Under the pieces are notes generated by a model. That model ran no database searches, had not been told where the DNA came from, and worked only from the letters and a program-made list of their open reading frames with translations. Below, piece after piece: positions 35,756-47,508 of a DNA stretch of 64,000 bases. Numbering within the stretch: the first letter of the stretch is position 1; every line of letters begins with the position of its first letter. This DNA comes from Selaginella moellendorffii. Taxonomy: Eukaryota; Plantae; Lycopodiophyta. Both the position numbers and the translations under genes were made by a program. The stretch lies in the NCBI RefSeq assembly GCF_000143415.4, contig NW_003314308.1:682001-746000 (forward strand), given 5' to 3'.

Positions 35756-36745
35756 CTACTTGGGTTCCCGCCATAGCTCAGTTTGATAGTCAGTCTCCCA
35801 GATGACGATGTAGCCACCATCTGTGACAGAGAGGCCAGCAGTAACCACACAATTTGGCTGATTTGGGCAGTACTTGTTCGAAGCAAATAGAACCCACTTT
35901 CCAGTGGAATCAACCATCACTAGATTTCCATCCATTTGGAGGTTGATGTAGCAACCCTTGGCCTTCTCAAAAGTGTCACTTGCCCACACCACCTTGTTCA
36001 CGTCTCTACGCAAATCATAGAGAACGAAGTTGCAATCTTGTTGCATAATTGCCCTGTATCTTCCATTGTGAGATACGAGCGTGCCTTGCCTGCCAATGTA
36101 TGAGCCCAAGGCAGCGTCGGCTCCTCCGATCATGTTGGATTGAGAAGGCCAGCAGTTTTTCCAGCTGGGATCCGTGGTAATGTCGAAGAGAGTGCGGTTA
36201 AAGTCACGAGAATGATCAAACACTGGCTCGTCTGGAAGGTCTTCTGTCAATTCAAGAGACGAAGAAGCCATGTTCTCTGACCTTCCATACCAAGATACAT
36301 AGTCAATGGCAAACATCTTCCAGACGCAGAGAATTCGGCCATAGCCTCTGCTCTCAATCTCCTGGGAGGTCACACTATAGAGACCCAAGAATGCATTCAC
36401 TAGTGCCTGGGAACTTATGACCTGAGAAGAATCTGGTGTGACATAGCACATTCCATCGTTCCCGTGCACGCTAAACAGCCACAGCCTAACACTCACCTTG
36501 AAGTTGAAATTTGATGCAGCCATGAATGTTGATGTGAAGCTTCTTCCATAAGTGTAATAGTTCTCCCTTGAAATTGACTGGATGAGCTTTAGAATGGCCC
36601 TCGAGATCAGGCGAGAATCACCATATCCGAACCTCAATGCATATTGTCTTGCTTGAAACTCGGGATCCGCTACAATAGGATTGTGGTTAGAAAATAGAAA
36701 TAAAGCGAGGAACAGCCTAGGGACCATGTCCAAGAATTTGGACAT
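35756..36745 (-). CDS. Secreted 329-aa protein: unknown N-terminal domain plus C-terminal bulb-type (GNA/B-) lectin domain
   Basis: Signal-peptide-like start. LVSHNGRYRAIMQQDCNFVLYD (QxDxNxVxY), VWASDT, LQMDGNLVMVD, LFASN. Intact single exon. Confidence 0.85.
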   Translation of the reverse strand: MSKFLDMVPRLFLALFLFSNHNPIVADPEFQARQYALRFGYGDSRLISRAILKLIQSISRENYYTYGRSFTSTFMAASNFNFKVSVRLWLFSVHGNDGMCYVTPDSSQVISSQALVNAFLGLYSVTSQEIESRGYGRILCVWKMFAIDYVSWYGRSENMASSSLELTEDLPDEPVFDHSRDFNRTLFDITTDPSWKNCWPSQSNMIGGADAALGSYIGRQGTLVSHNGRYRAIMQQDCNFVLYDLRRDVNKVVWASDTFEKAKGCYINLQMDGNLVMVDSTGKWVLFASNKYCPNQPNCVVTAGLSVTDGGYIVIWETDYQTELWREPK

Positions 36746-39700
36746 AGCTAGCTCCTTACAAGCTCCCCCAACCTCATCTTGATTAGTTGCTGTGGTTAAT
36801 CTTTATAGTAGTATAGTGTGCGATTTTTCCATGTTTTTATGTAAAATGCTTAGTCTGTGTTCATGTTTGGTTTTATGTGTACTTTATAGCTGTGTATACC
36901 ACTTTTTTAATTAATTATAGAAGTTTGTTTTGTTTTTTTTGTTGTTTTACAACTGTATTTTTTGTTATTTTTGATTTTTGGTTTGCTTAACCAAACCTGT
37001 AGATATACTTAGAATATGTTTGGATATTCTAAGATATTTGCAGTTATTATTCATTTAGATTAATATTTTATTTATAATTTATAAACATATTTATGATTAT
37101 AAACTTTTATTTGATCAACTGGATTAATAGATATGAATAATACTACTATTAAGCAAACCAAGCATTGCTCAATGTGTAACAAATTATTTTTAACTTAAGC
37201 ATTTTTATAAAACCAATGCCATACTCTGTGTTATTGGTGTTAATATGTAGCTCTTTATTTTTAAAATTATATTCCAGTCAACAATTATGCCAACTAATCT
37301 AGGTGCATCTTTTTTTTTTACACATTTGCAGATATATAGTTTTATTTTCAATTGCATACAAAAATATAATGCAGACAATCATATTTAGATTGCTTAAAAA
37401 ACAATTGAAATGTGATTGTGTGTATTATATTTTTGTCATGCCTAGAATGCCAAAGTCTGATGCCACATCATTTTAAACAATATGATGTCACCACAATATT
37501 CATTCTTATCTCTTTCCACTTTGATTTGTGATCTCTTGATTGTGAATTTTCTCTTTGTGCTTGTTAAACTGTGCCATTCTCTTTTCAAAAGCACTCTTAG
37601 TCTTGTGTAAGAGTACTCACATTTCTCGTGCAATAGTGTTTGCACTTCCCACATACTAGCACTCCCTTAGCAGCTGAGAGGTTTGGAGCATGGCACCATA
37701 GTCACACCCTAATATAGGCTGAATAGTGCTTCAAGCATTATATATAGTGGGTGAGAGTGAACAATTGGAATGTGTGCTAGTTGTGGTAAAGGCATTAGGC
37801 AATGGTGCAAAGCCTTTTTTTAAGTTAGCTTCATCATGCTTCAAGTGTTGAGTATAGTGGTTTTGTTATGAGTAAGTACTTTAAAGCATTAGCTTGGCAT
37901 TGTATAATTTGTTACACTCAGCCATGCTGCAAAGCAACAACACTTTCTTAGGTTTTTATTTCTTACCTTCAGCTTTGTGATTATTGCAATGAGTTTATTG
38001 TGAGGAGTGAATGTAAGTAAGTAATTAATTTGTGCCTATTTATCTAATACACGTGCTAATGTGTGCATTTTCTATTCTAGATTATTTTCATGGTTGAAAA
38101 ATTGAGAGTTTTGTGCCAATTTGAATAACACACACTTGGATATATGAGTGTAATGCAATAATTTACTAATTTGCTAGGGGATGGTCCAAAGTTGAGTTGA
38201 GCTCACGAGTTAAGCTCAATTCAACACAAGTTAACTCAAGTCAACACAGTCAACTAGAAGTCTTACAAAGGAAATCTAAATTGAACAAATAAAGGTTCAA
38301 GCAAACTTTAAAATATTTAAATACGTAAATATCTAAGTTAAAAGTTTTTATAAGATTGAATTGTTTAAAAAAGACAAAGTTCACGAGAACCTATCTTTCA
38401 TAAAATTATATTATTTTATTATGACTACTATTACAGCTGGCATATTTTAATTTGACTACTTAATATTTTAAATACTTTTAGAGCTATAGATACTATTCTT
38501 TCATTCAAAAGATTTTTTAAGGTTCTTGAGAAGATGGGAAGCAAGGAAAATACAAGATTTGTGAGTAAGAGTTGTAGTGCAAAAGAATGTGAGAATGTTA
38601 ATTTTGTTTCACTACCACAATTTTTATATTATACTCCTAGTTTTTATGATCTATCTGGGAATGTGGAAACCACTATCATGATTGATAAAAATGCTCCTAT
38701 TACTTCTGAAACAATAGTCCAAAGCAAAAGAAATGAAGAAATGAATAGCACGGCGGAAAGCCTCAAGAAATTTATTCCATAAAGCTTTCTATGATATTTG
38801 TAATTTACATATTAATTCATATTAAAAACTCTGTTGCCTACCTATATTGTAATCCTCTCATATGATAAGACCAAGGTATATTTTTGCAATGAATCCTCAT
38901 TAAAAGTTTTCGGGAGTTATTTGTGAATAATAATAAAAGAAATCGAAATCTTTTGAAAGACTCAAAAGTAATATCACATCAAAGAATCAACTTTATCTAC
39001 ATTTCCAAGACTGAAAGACAATCTCACACAAGAGAATAGTAGTGTGCCAACGTGCTCTACCACTATAATGTGGTCTATATTTCCTTGCAGTCTATTTCCT
39101 TAGACATTTGGCATGTGTAGAAAAGAATATATGTGTAGCAAAGTAGGATTTCATTATAATGATAGAGTATGTGTATACACGATAATTTAAAATTTTAGAA
39201 GCTCTTATGTTTACAAGTAAGCTATGATTATGAAGCCCCATTTCCAAAACTGACATTTAAAGAATCTGAATATTGTCAATGTCATAATAAATAAACCTCA
39301 TTTTGAGACTAAAACTTAATATATAAACTATCTAGAAAAGTTATAGTCATTATAATTTTTTGGTTCTCCTTGAGTTCCTTGGAAGTTTGTATTGAAATGG
39401 CTCGAAAGAAAGTCACTACTACTTGTACTTAGCCCTCAGCATTTCATATTAATCTCCACCTCCATCCCCAAGTTTTACCAACATTCCAGCTTCACCTCCA
39501 TATAATAATCCTTTTTCTACTAAGGGCTCTAGTGAAGTTGAATTAGAGTTTTTTATATATGAAATTCCAAATCTTTCTACTAAAGAGAGATTGCCTCTAG
39601 CGCTTCAAGAGTAATATCACATGTTTTTGCAAGATCTTGTTCTTGACATGGTGGGACTACTTGAAAGCACAAAATATTATTACATTCGGTGTTTAATATG

Positions 39701-42700
39701 CTACTTTTTCTTGGACAAAACAAATGGTTATATGGGTTTATGAACTTTTCTTGAGCACTATAGAAATTGCCCAACGGCGGGTCTGGAAAATGTGCATGTA
39801 TGAATATACAATAAATTCAAGAATGAGTTATGGATACCTACCCAATATCACTTTGTGATGAGGAATAATATCCCCTTGGAAAACACTGCATTAGCTAGTG
39901 CAAAATATGGGGTTTTTAGGCCACCCTATAGTGGAATGTAAGATTTAGAATTACTTTACTATACTATAATATTATCACTATTAAAAGAAAAAATATAATA
40001 AAATGATATTAGTTGTAGGTAACATACTTTGTTCTAAAAGGTACTATCATATCATATACAATTTTTTACAAAATGTTGAAAGAGGAGATGGCAACATACA
40101 AGTGCTACAAAGTGATGGTGACAAGTGAGAATGATAGTTTGCAATTATAATATTTGACACTGAATTGACATTTGACACTTTCACTGACATATGACATATA
40201 ACAAAATTTTCATTTTATGTAAGGATGCAATTAACTTTTTTCTGCCTCATCATCAACATATTGATTTCTTTTATACTTCCTTCTATATTGGTATTATGGG
40301 GAAGATTCATCTTGCATATGTTGAACCATGGCTTTTGCATAATCAAGGAGACTTCCCAAGCCTCTAATTCTAGAAACTCCAAGTGATTGTGATCTATAAA
40401 ATAGAATTAAACATCTATTGAAATTTTAATAAATATAATTTACCTCCTTGAGGTTGGAGGCAACTCACGAAATCCTTTGAGCCAGTGTTTAAAAAAATAA
40501 TGTTCTTCAATAGCAAACACCAACCTACCAAAGTCACATGTTGCCTCCACCATAGAACCACTATCTGGTATGCAATCAATCACAACACCATCTAGTGGGC
40601 AATAGAGCTCAAGCAAGACTTGCGTCGCTGATAGAGTTCAAAATTGGTACTCTGGAAACGTCTTGTGGATCTGCTCATCCACAAGGTTGGGTATGATGTT
40701 AGTGGAACTGTCGTACCCAGGCAAAACATGTGTTGCACGTTCACTGTCACAAAACCCATTATGTGTGTTTTTACAAAAGGCATGATAGGTCCACATCATA
40801 ACCTGGAAAATAAAAATGTTTAGAAATTAGATAAAAATATAAAATACATACTCACTTTTTCAGGCTTCCCTTGGACACCCCTCGTATCGACGCCAATAGG
40901 ATCCAAGATACACATGGAAAAGAATGACTTGAAATGAACTTTTGCTGTGCATGTCATAAGCTCATACATCCAGTTAGGGTTGTTCGGTAGGTTGAAGACG
41001 ACATGGCCAACTTCAAGAATAAGTGCTTCAGACAAGAGGAATGCATCACGCATGTGGTCAGGTGTGAGAAAGTTCCAATCCTCAACTTTCCCATTAATAT
41101 CTGCAAGACCATCTGGAAAGTTGAAGAGAATGAAGTGTGCAACTGGGAGCAAGGGCCTTTATATCTTTTGGCACCAACGGTTAAACTAGTGTTGTATATC
41201 CATGTTGATATCATATTCCATAACAGATGTCAACAATCTATTATAAGAGCTAATGAAGATACCCACAATACTAGGATGGACTTATAAAAAAACTAAGTGA
41301 ATGAAAAAAGCAATAAATAATATGCTACTGTCATATGGTAGGTTGTCAATGAGAGTTCCTCCAACTCCTCTTCACGAGCATCTCGTTGAGCTAGAATGAA
41401 ATTACTACTAACAATCATTGTTGCAAAAAATATGTATTACCACCTTTATTTTGTAAAATTCACTTTTGCTTACCTTGAGGTTGACTTAATATTTTATAAA
41501 CCACTTGATCATTATTATTTACTGATGGAACCTGATTCAAATCTTGGTTGTTTTATGGTTGAACTAAAGCTTAATCCTGGCTATCTGGTGGTGAAACACG
41601 AACTTGATTTAGAGCTTCCTCGTCCTCGTCTCCATCATCACTTGCATTGCCATCGTTGCTAACATTAACAACTTCCTCGTGGTCTAGTGTAAAGGTCTCA
41701 TTCCCTAGGAGCTCCAACTCCCAAGGGCCTTTGGAACTCTCGCAAACATTATTGGGTACATTCTTCCATCCTTAGACCCTTTGTAACAAGTCAAGTGCAA
41801 ATCGGTGCCTCAAATGGCATACCTCTATATCGAAGATATCTGTAAATAATATATATTTCAAAAATGTTTTAGAAATCATATTATACCTGTAAGCTGCACG
41901 TTACATGAAATAAAGCTGACCATGTTGGCTATCATAAGTTGTTGTGCTTATAGACTTCTCTGGCAACCACCCCTTTTCGATCCCTTCCAATGATGTGTTG
42001 ATGTAGGTGTCGAAAGACATGAATATGCCATCTGGATCGTCACCAATGTACGGTGCCAAAAATTTCTCACCTTCACTTATAGTTTGTGTAATGTAGATAG
42101 CCCTTCTCATCATGTTCTCAAATAGTTCTAGTAGTCCTTTCTCTCTGTTCATCAAACAGACATTGAGGAATTCTAAAGTCTCTATTTATTTCTTATATGG
42201 AATCTTTAATTTTGCAATATTGTAAATTATGTCATCTGGAGTTTTGTTCATTGCAAAAGTAACATGTGCATAATTGAGAAAAATGAAGTATGATAAAAAA
42301 TTTACATTCATGAGAAGAAATTTTGGCTATAGTCTCTAGCGACTCCTTTAGCCTACGATTGTTTGCAATGCATACTAGTTTCTTTAACTTGAAAGATTTT
42401 GCATATTAAATTTTGTGCTCAATTTGTATGAACTCAGCTGAGAGCTCTTCCCGACTCTTCTCTAGATATGCAAATTCATAAGCATCTTGCTTAACCTTCA
42501 CCAAAGGCTAAAAACCAAAACAATTAAAAGAGGCTTTTATAAAATGAAAGGGAAAGATATACCTTGCACCACATAGCGAGCATAAAACTGATTGGGTTGT
42601 TGAACCAAGTTGTACTGTCATTTTGAGTGCATGAGTGTTGAAAAAGTGTTATGAGATTATCACCATAATGTTATTAGATGTCATCTTCATTCAAGTCTGT

Positions 42701-43484
42701 CAAAAATTGAAGTTGCTCGATGTTATGAACAAAGTTTTGCTTTTGAACAACGAACTGCCCAAACCTACATTTAAACACGACAAAATAAGTTAAAGTGGAG
42801 TTGGAGGTAAAATTATAAAACTTACGCATTGATTTCTTGGCAGGCCAAGATAAGTTTGTTGACATCCAAAGGTCCCCTTGCATAGACATGGCTGACTGGA
42901 ACATTGATATGGTAGACGGGATCATCGCGAAAATGATCGTCAATACACTTCATCCAAGCCCCATATCGATGGTTACTATTAATAATTTGGAACATTGTCC
43001 CTGTAAGCTGTCGAGTCTCAGGATGGCTGATAAACATGTTATCAAATTCCAGAGACTTCCTCCTCCAAATAGGATCTCAGCTATTCACAATCTTGGGTGT
43101 GACGGTAATGATCTCTATTGTTCCTGGCTTGCAAAAAGAGACTAAAAACATACTGATATTTGTCATAAGGCCATTTTACTTCAACAAGCTATATATGTCC
43201 GGGTTGACATGTTTGGATGCTGTGTGGACAAAGCTCGTCTATTACAAACGACAAAAGGGGATTTCTCTGATCAAGTCACAAGGGCCTAACCACTTGAGCG
43301 CCTTAAGTGTTTGGTGAACTGCTTTTTCCCTTATCTGCATAACAGTATCTTGAAAGTGCTTGTCCACCATATTATCAGGAAAGTCTGCAACTCTTTCAAC
43401 TCCAGGCTATTCCTTAGGTTCTTTATCGCGAACACTACTAGATTGCCCAACTTCAAGGATTTGAGCTGGTGGTTAGCCAGTGAG

Positions 43485-43685
43485 GAGTAAAGGTGGAGGT
43501 GGCAATGGTGATGGTAGGGGTGGTGGTGGTGGTGGCAGGGGTGGAGGCAATAGTGGTAGTGGTGGTGGCAATGGTGGCAGTGGCAGTGGCGATGGCAATG
43601 GTGGAGGTGGTGATGGTGGTAGTGGAGGTGGTGATGGCGGTGGTGGAGGTGTTGATGGTAGAGATGATGGTGGTAGAGGTAGTGG
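43485..43685 (-). repeat. (CCA)n-type low-complexity tract encoding polyproline
   Basis: ggt/ggc/gga triplet runs on the + strand; ORF 43473..43823 reads PPPPPSPPPLPP. Confidence 0.9.
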
Positions 43686-43894
43686 ATCTCTAAGTAAATG
43701 TATTTTTGTTGATATGCTAATGGATATGTCGATCATGATATCATCGTCAGTGCCGAATTGAACTTCTTTTGTTTTCTTAGCTCCAACAACCTTTTTATAT
43801 GGTACAATTTTCCTTTTCTGCAAGAGAAAAAATTTTGTTAATAAAACTAAATAAAGATAATAAGAAATTCAAATTGTCAGAGAGAAAAAAAATC

Positions 43895-44490
43895 AAGTGG
43901 GCCCAAACTTTACCAAGGTCACTGAAGTGCCCAAGGCAGTTGGCCTCGAGCACTTTAAGGGCCAAATATTTGAATAACCTCGGCCACATGGGCAGCCAAA
44001 GTGCCTGAGGTGGCCAGCCTGAGCTCGACTTTGGGCACTTTAGCCACCCAAGGGGCCGAGGTTATTCAAATAACCTCAGCCCCTTAGGTGGCCAAAGTGC
44101 CTGAGGTGGCCGGCCCAAGCTCAATCTCGGGCACTTTGGCCACCCGAGGGGTTGAGGTTATTCAAATAACCTCAGGGCCAAAGTGCCCAAAGTGGTCGGC
44201 CCAAGCTCGACTTCAAGCACTTTAGTCGCCCGAGGGGCTGAGGTTATTTGAATAACCTTGGCCCCTTGGGAAGCCAAAGTGCCCGAGGTGGCTAGCCTAG
44301 GCTTGACCTCAGGCACTTTGGCTGCCTGAGGGGCTGAGGTTATTCAAATAACCTCAGTCCCTTGGGCAGCCGAAATGCCTAAAATGGCCAGCCTAGGCTC
44401 GACCTTAGGCATTTTGGCCGCCCGAGGGGCTAAGGTTATTTGAATAACTTGGCCCCTCGGGCAGCTAAAGTGCCCAAGGTGGCCAACCCT
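43895..44490. repeat. Tandem array of about 6 palindromic 96-bp units
   Basis: Core GGTTATTYRAATAACC recurs at about 43965, 44061, 44157, 44243, 44339 and 44435. Each core is the centre of a ~70-bp inverted repeat ggcactttggcc...ggccaaagtgcc. Confidence 0.92.
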
Positions 44491-44646
44491 AAAGAAGCAA
44501 TTAAGAAAGAAGCAAGAAGGAAAAAATGGAAGTGGAAGCAATAAAATCGAAACTCACCCTTAATAGCATCTTTCCTTCTTGATCACCGTTAGCGGCTCTT
44601 AGCTTTCGTTCACGAGGGCGAGAACTTGTAGGGAAGCGTGGTGGAT

Positions 44647-44840
44647 TGTAAGCAACCAAAGAGAACGACTCAAAAGACGATCCATGGGGTTCAAATATAA
44701 AGGGAAAGGGCCCATGAACAAGAGTGCACCCCTTTTTCTAATCAGTTAATGGTCTTAGGATACTTAGAGTTAAGCATCCTTGGGTTTGAATAGTACTGGG
44801 TTGGGTGACTTCCTAGGAAGTCCAAACTCAAGAGCTTACA
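44647..44840 (+). mobile_element. Cassandra-like LTR (194 bp) carrying a 5S rRNA-derived internal promoter; no TSD
   Basis: Termini TGTAAG...CTTACA. Contains agttaagcatccttggg...tagtactgggttgggtgacttcctaggaagtcc, resembling 5S box A, IE and box C. Confidence 0.8.
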
Positions 44841-47114
44841 ATCACTATCCTCACTATCATCTCTTTCATTCTCTTGTGTGGTTTAATTATGTTGTGCAAT
44901 GGGATAATTACTGCATCTCCTAACCCTTGAACCCTGGGAAAGATTGTGAGAGTTGAAATTACCAACACTAGAACTTATAAACATTTGTGTGTATTTCCCT
45001 TTTTTCAAATGAGAGTGTGAATGAAGATCTATAAATTCTAGACAATATGCTATGACAAACCTTTCAAGAATGTATTCTAAAAAAGAACCAAGTTTTTCTT
45101 TTATGTGCAATAAACTTATATTAACGTTTATTTTTTTTCCTTTCAAACGGTTATATGGCTTTACATAGAATCATATTTAAAATTTAATAATTTTTTAATT
45201 CTGACAAACCTAACATTTACTAGCTAAAAAGAACAGAATACAAATTTAAGGAAGTGACAAGAATACTCTTTTTGTAAATATTTTATTTTATATTCTAACA
45301 AACGTCCCTATCATTGCTTGTAGTAAATATTTAAATTATTAGAACAAGAAGTGTCCTTTAGAACATTTTTATCTATATAATATATAGAGAGTTATTAAAT
45401 TATTAGGTTCGCCATAATCTTAAAATTTTAAAGTTTATAATGTTTGTACTAAATTACAATTGAAAATTGAGCTCAACTCATGAGCTCAAGTATGGTCCGC
45501 GCTCACTTGCTAAGCTTAAAATCTCGCATTGTGTCATTGATGGCCATATTAGCAAGGGAATCTCTTGGAAATGTGTTCTTTGAATTTTGAAATATTCATC
45601 ATCATATTCATTTATAAAGTGTCAAGAATTTTGGGATATTGCTATATTATGTGAGGATAGAAAAATGATAAAGTTTACTTGAGAAGATACCAATATATTT
45701 ATATCAATGTTTATATACTTCTATGTCTTTATTCTTATATGGCCTTTTCTTTCTTTCCAAGTCAAAGATTCATGCTTCATTGAATTGAGTGCTAGAAATT
45801 CTTAGACATGACTTGACAACAGTAGTTGCTTGCATACAGCCTCAAGATCAAGGACCATATTGTCTTCTTTTCTCTCAACAAAGTGAGTGTGTGTGTGTGT
45901 TGGGGGGGGGGGGGGGGTTTCCATGCAACCTTCCCCCATTACAAGTCATAGACATAGAGCTAACAACACAAGCAAAGGACAATGTTATGGAGGAAGGTGA
46001 AGAGGGAGTCGTGGAGGACGATCCCATTGCCTTGAATATTGCAAAAGAAGTGTTATTGAATCTCAAGAATGTAGAAAAAGTAACTCTACTAGTGCAAGAT
46101 GATGTACTAGCTATATCATTGAAAATGGTGCAATAAGCTTTACAATAAATACTATTGAATATTCTTTGTTTGTTTTCAAATTTTTAGAGCTACTTGAATG
46201 CAATTTTACATTGCACGGTATGAGGTTGTGGAAAAAGGCCATTCTTATGATGTTATGGAAAAGGACCATTCACGTAGGTGCAAGATGATGGTGGAAGAGG
46301 CCTCATGTGGTATGGTGGTGGAGGAGGCCTGTGTGGAGGAGGAGCCTCCTTATGAAGTGGACGCTCTAAGCCATAAATGGATGTTTACATCTATGCTAGA
46401 TACTCCATGTGAGGTATAGGATGAGACTTTGGTGGAGGTTCGCTTAAACAATGATGAGGACACTCCAATCAACAAGGTTTATGATGGAGTGGTTCCTAGT
46501 GAGAAGGTGGAGGTGCCATGTGATGAGTGTGGACTATACTTAAGCTTACGAGTTGAAGAGTTGAGCTTGTCAGTGGAGCTCAAGTTTCAATTATAGTTTA
46601 ATACAAACATTAAAAACATTAAAATATTAAGGTTATGGCGAACTTAATAATTTCATAGCTTTCTACATATTATATAAATAAAAATGTTCTAAAAGACACT
46701 TCTTGTTCTAATAATTTAAATATTTATTTATGTTTTTTGGCTAGTAAATATTAGGTTTGTCAGAATTAAAAAATTATTAAATTTGAAATAAGATTCTATG
46801 TAAGGCTAACCATTTGAAAAAAAAAAAAAAACAACCATTGATGTAAGTTTATTGGATATAAAAGAAAGACTTAGTTCTTTTCTAGAATACATTCTTAAGG
46901 GGTTTGTCATAGCATACTGTCTAGAATTTATGAATCTTCATTCACACTCTTATTCGAAGATAAGGAAATACACACAAATGTCTGTGGGTTTTAGTATTGG
47001 TAATTTTAACTCTCATAATCTTTCTTCCCAGGGTTCAAGGGCTAGGAGATGCAATAATTTCTCATTGCACAATATAACCAAATTACATAGGAGATTGAAA
47101 GAGCGAATAGTGAT
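44841..47114. repeat. Long diverged inverted repeat: arms about 44841-45490 and 46540-47114 around a ~1 kb spacer
   Basis: Mirror ORFs 44883..45146(-) and 46852..47124(+) translate nearly identically. taggttcgccataatc and ggttatggcgaactta are near reverse complements. Confidence 0.85.
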
Positions 47115-47508
47115 CATGAGTTAGAAATAAATACAATGACAAAGGGCACAACAAATTGTGTGAAAAAATGCCCTCTTACTTGTTTTAAGAAACTACAATT
47201 TTGTGATTTTCAAGAAATACTCCATATATTTTTAGCTTCTAGTGGAAATAATGGCGATGATTAGTATGATGGTATATATGCTCTTATGACAATTGCAACA
47301 TCACGCACCTGAAAGACTACCATGAAATATTTTTTGAAATGGTAAAGACAAAAATGGAGACACACAAGTACTATGGGTAGTATTGTGAAAAGAACATTTA
47401 CAAATATATAAAATGAAAAGTGAAATGAAAAATGTTTTTTTATTAATTATATAAAGTATAATAAATTTATATTATTGATAGAGAATAAACATCAATAGTG
47501 TTACAAAT

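Larger units (their letters stand above)
40250..44646 (-). pseudogene. Decayed multi-exon gene: polyproline, ParB/Srx-like domain and beta-class N4C/N6A methyltransferase-like domain (probably transposon-borne)
   Basis: EIPFCRL...FQIINSNHRYGAW (ParB-like, about 42950-43260); FILFNFPDG..DWN (motif IV-like, about 41110-41135); YQF*TL..LLELYCPLDGVVIDCIPDSGSMVEATCDFGRLVFAIEE (motif X/I/II-like, about 40505-40650). GT-AG sites; many TAA/TAG/TGA stops. Confidence 0.6.

Noticed and set aside
36800-40000. Short ORFs in the AT-rich interval
   Set aside because: No motifs or consistent splice structure; treated as intergenic or decayed repeat DNA.
43895-44490. Possible CRISPR-like array
   Set aside because: The units are repeated along their whole length with no unique spacers, there are no cas genes, and the context is eukaryotic.
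44760-44825. Possible 5S rRNA gene (also 48910-48970)
   Set aside because: Only the internal promoter part is similar; it lacks 5S termini and is embedded in TG..CA LTR units.
44883-47124. Pair of near-identical ~90-aa ORFs on opposite strands
   Set aside because: Translation of the non-coding inverted-repeat arms; non-ATG starts and AT-rich.
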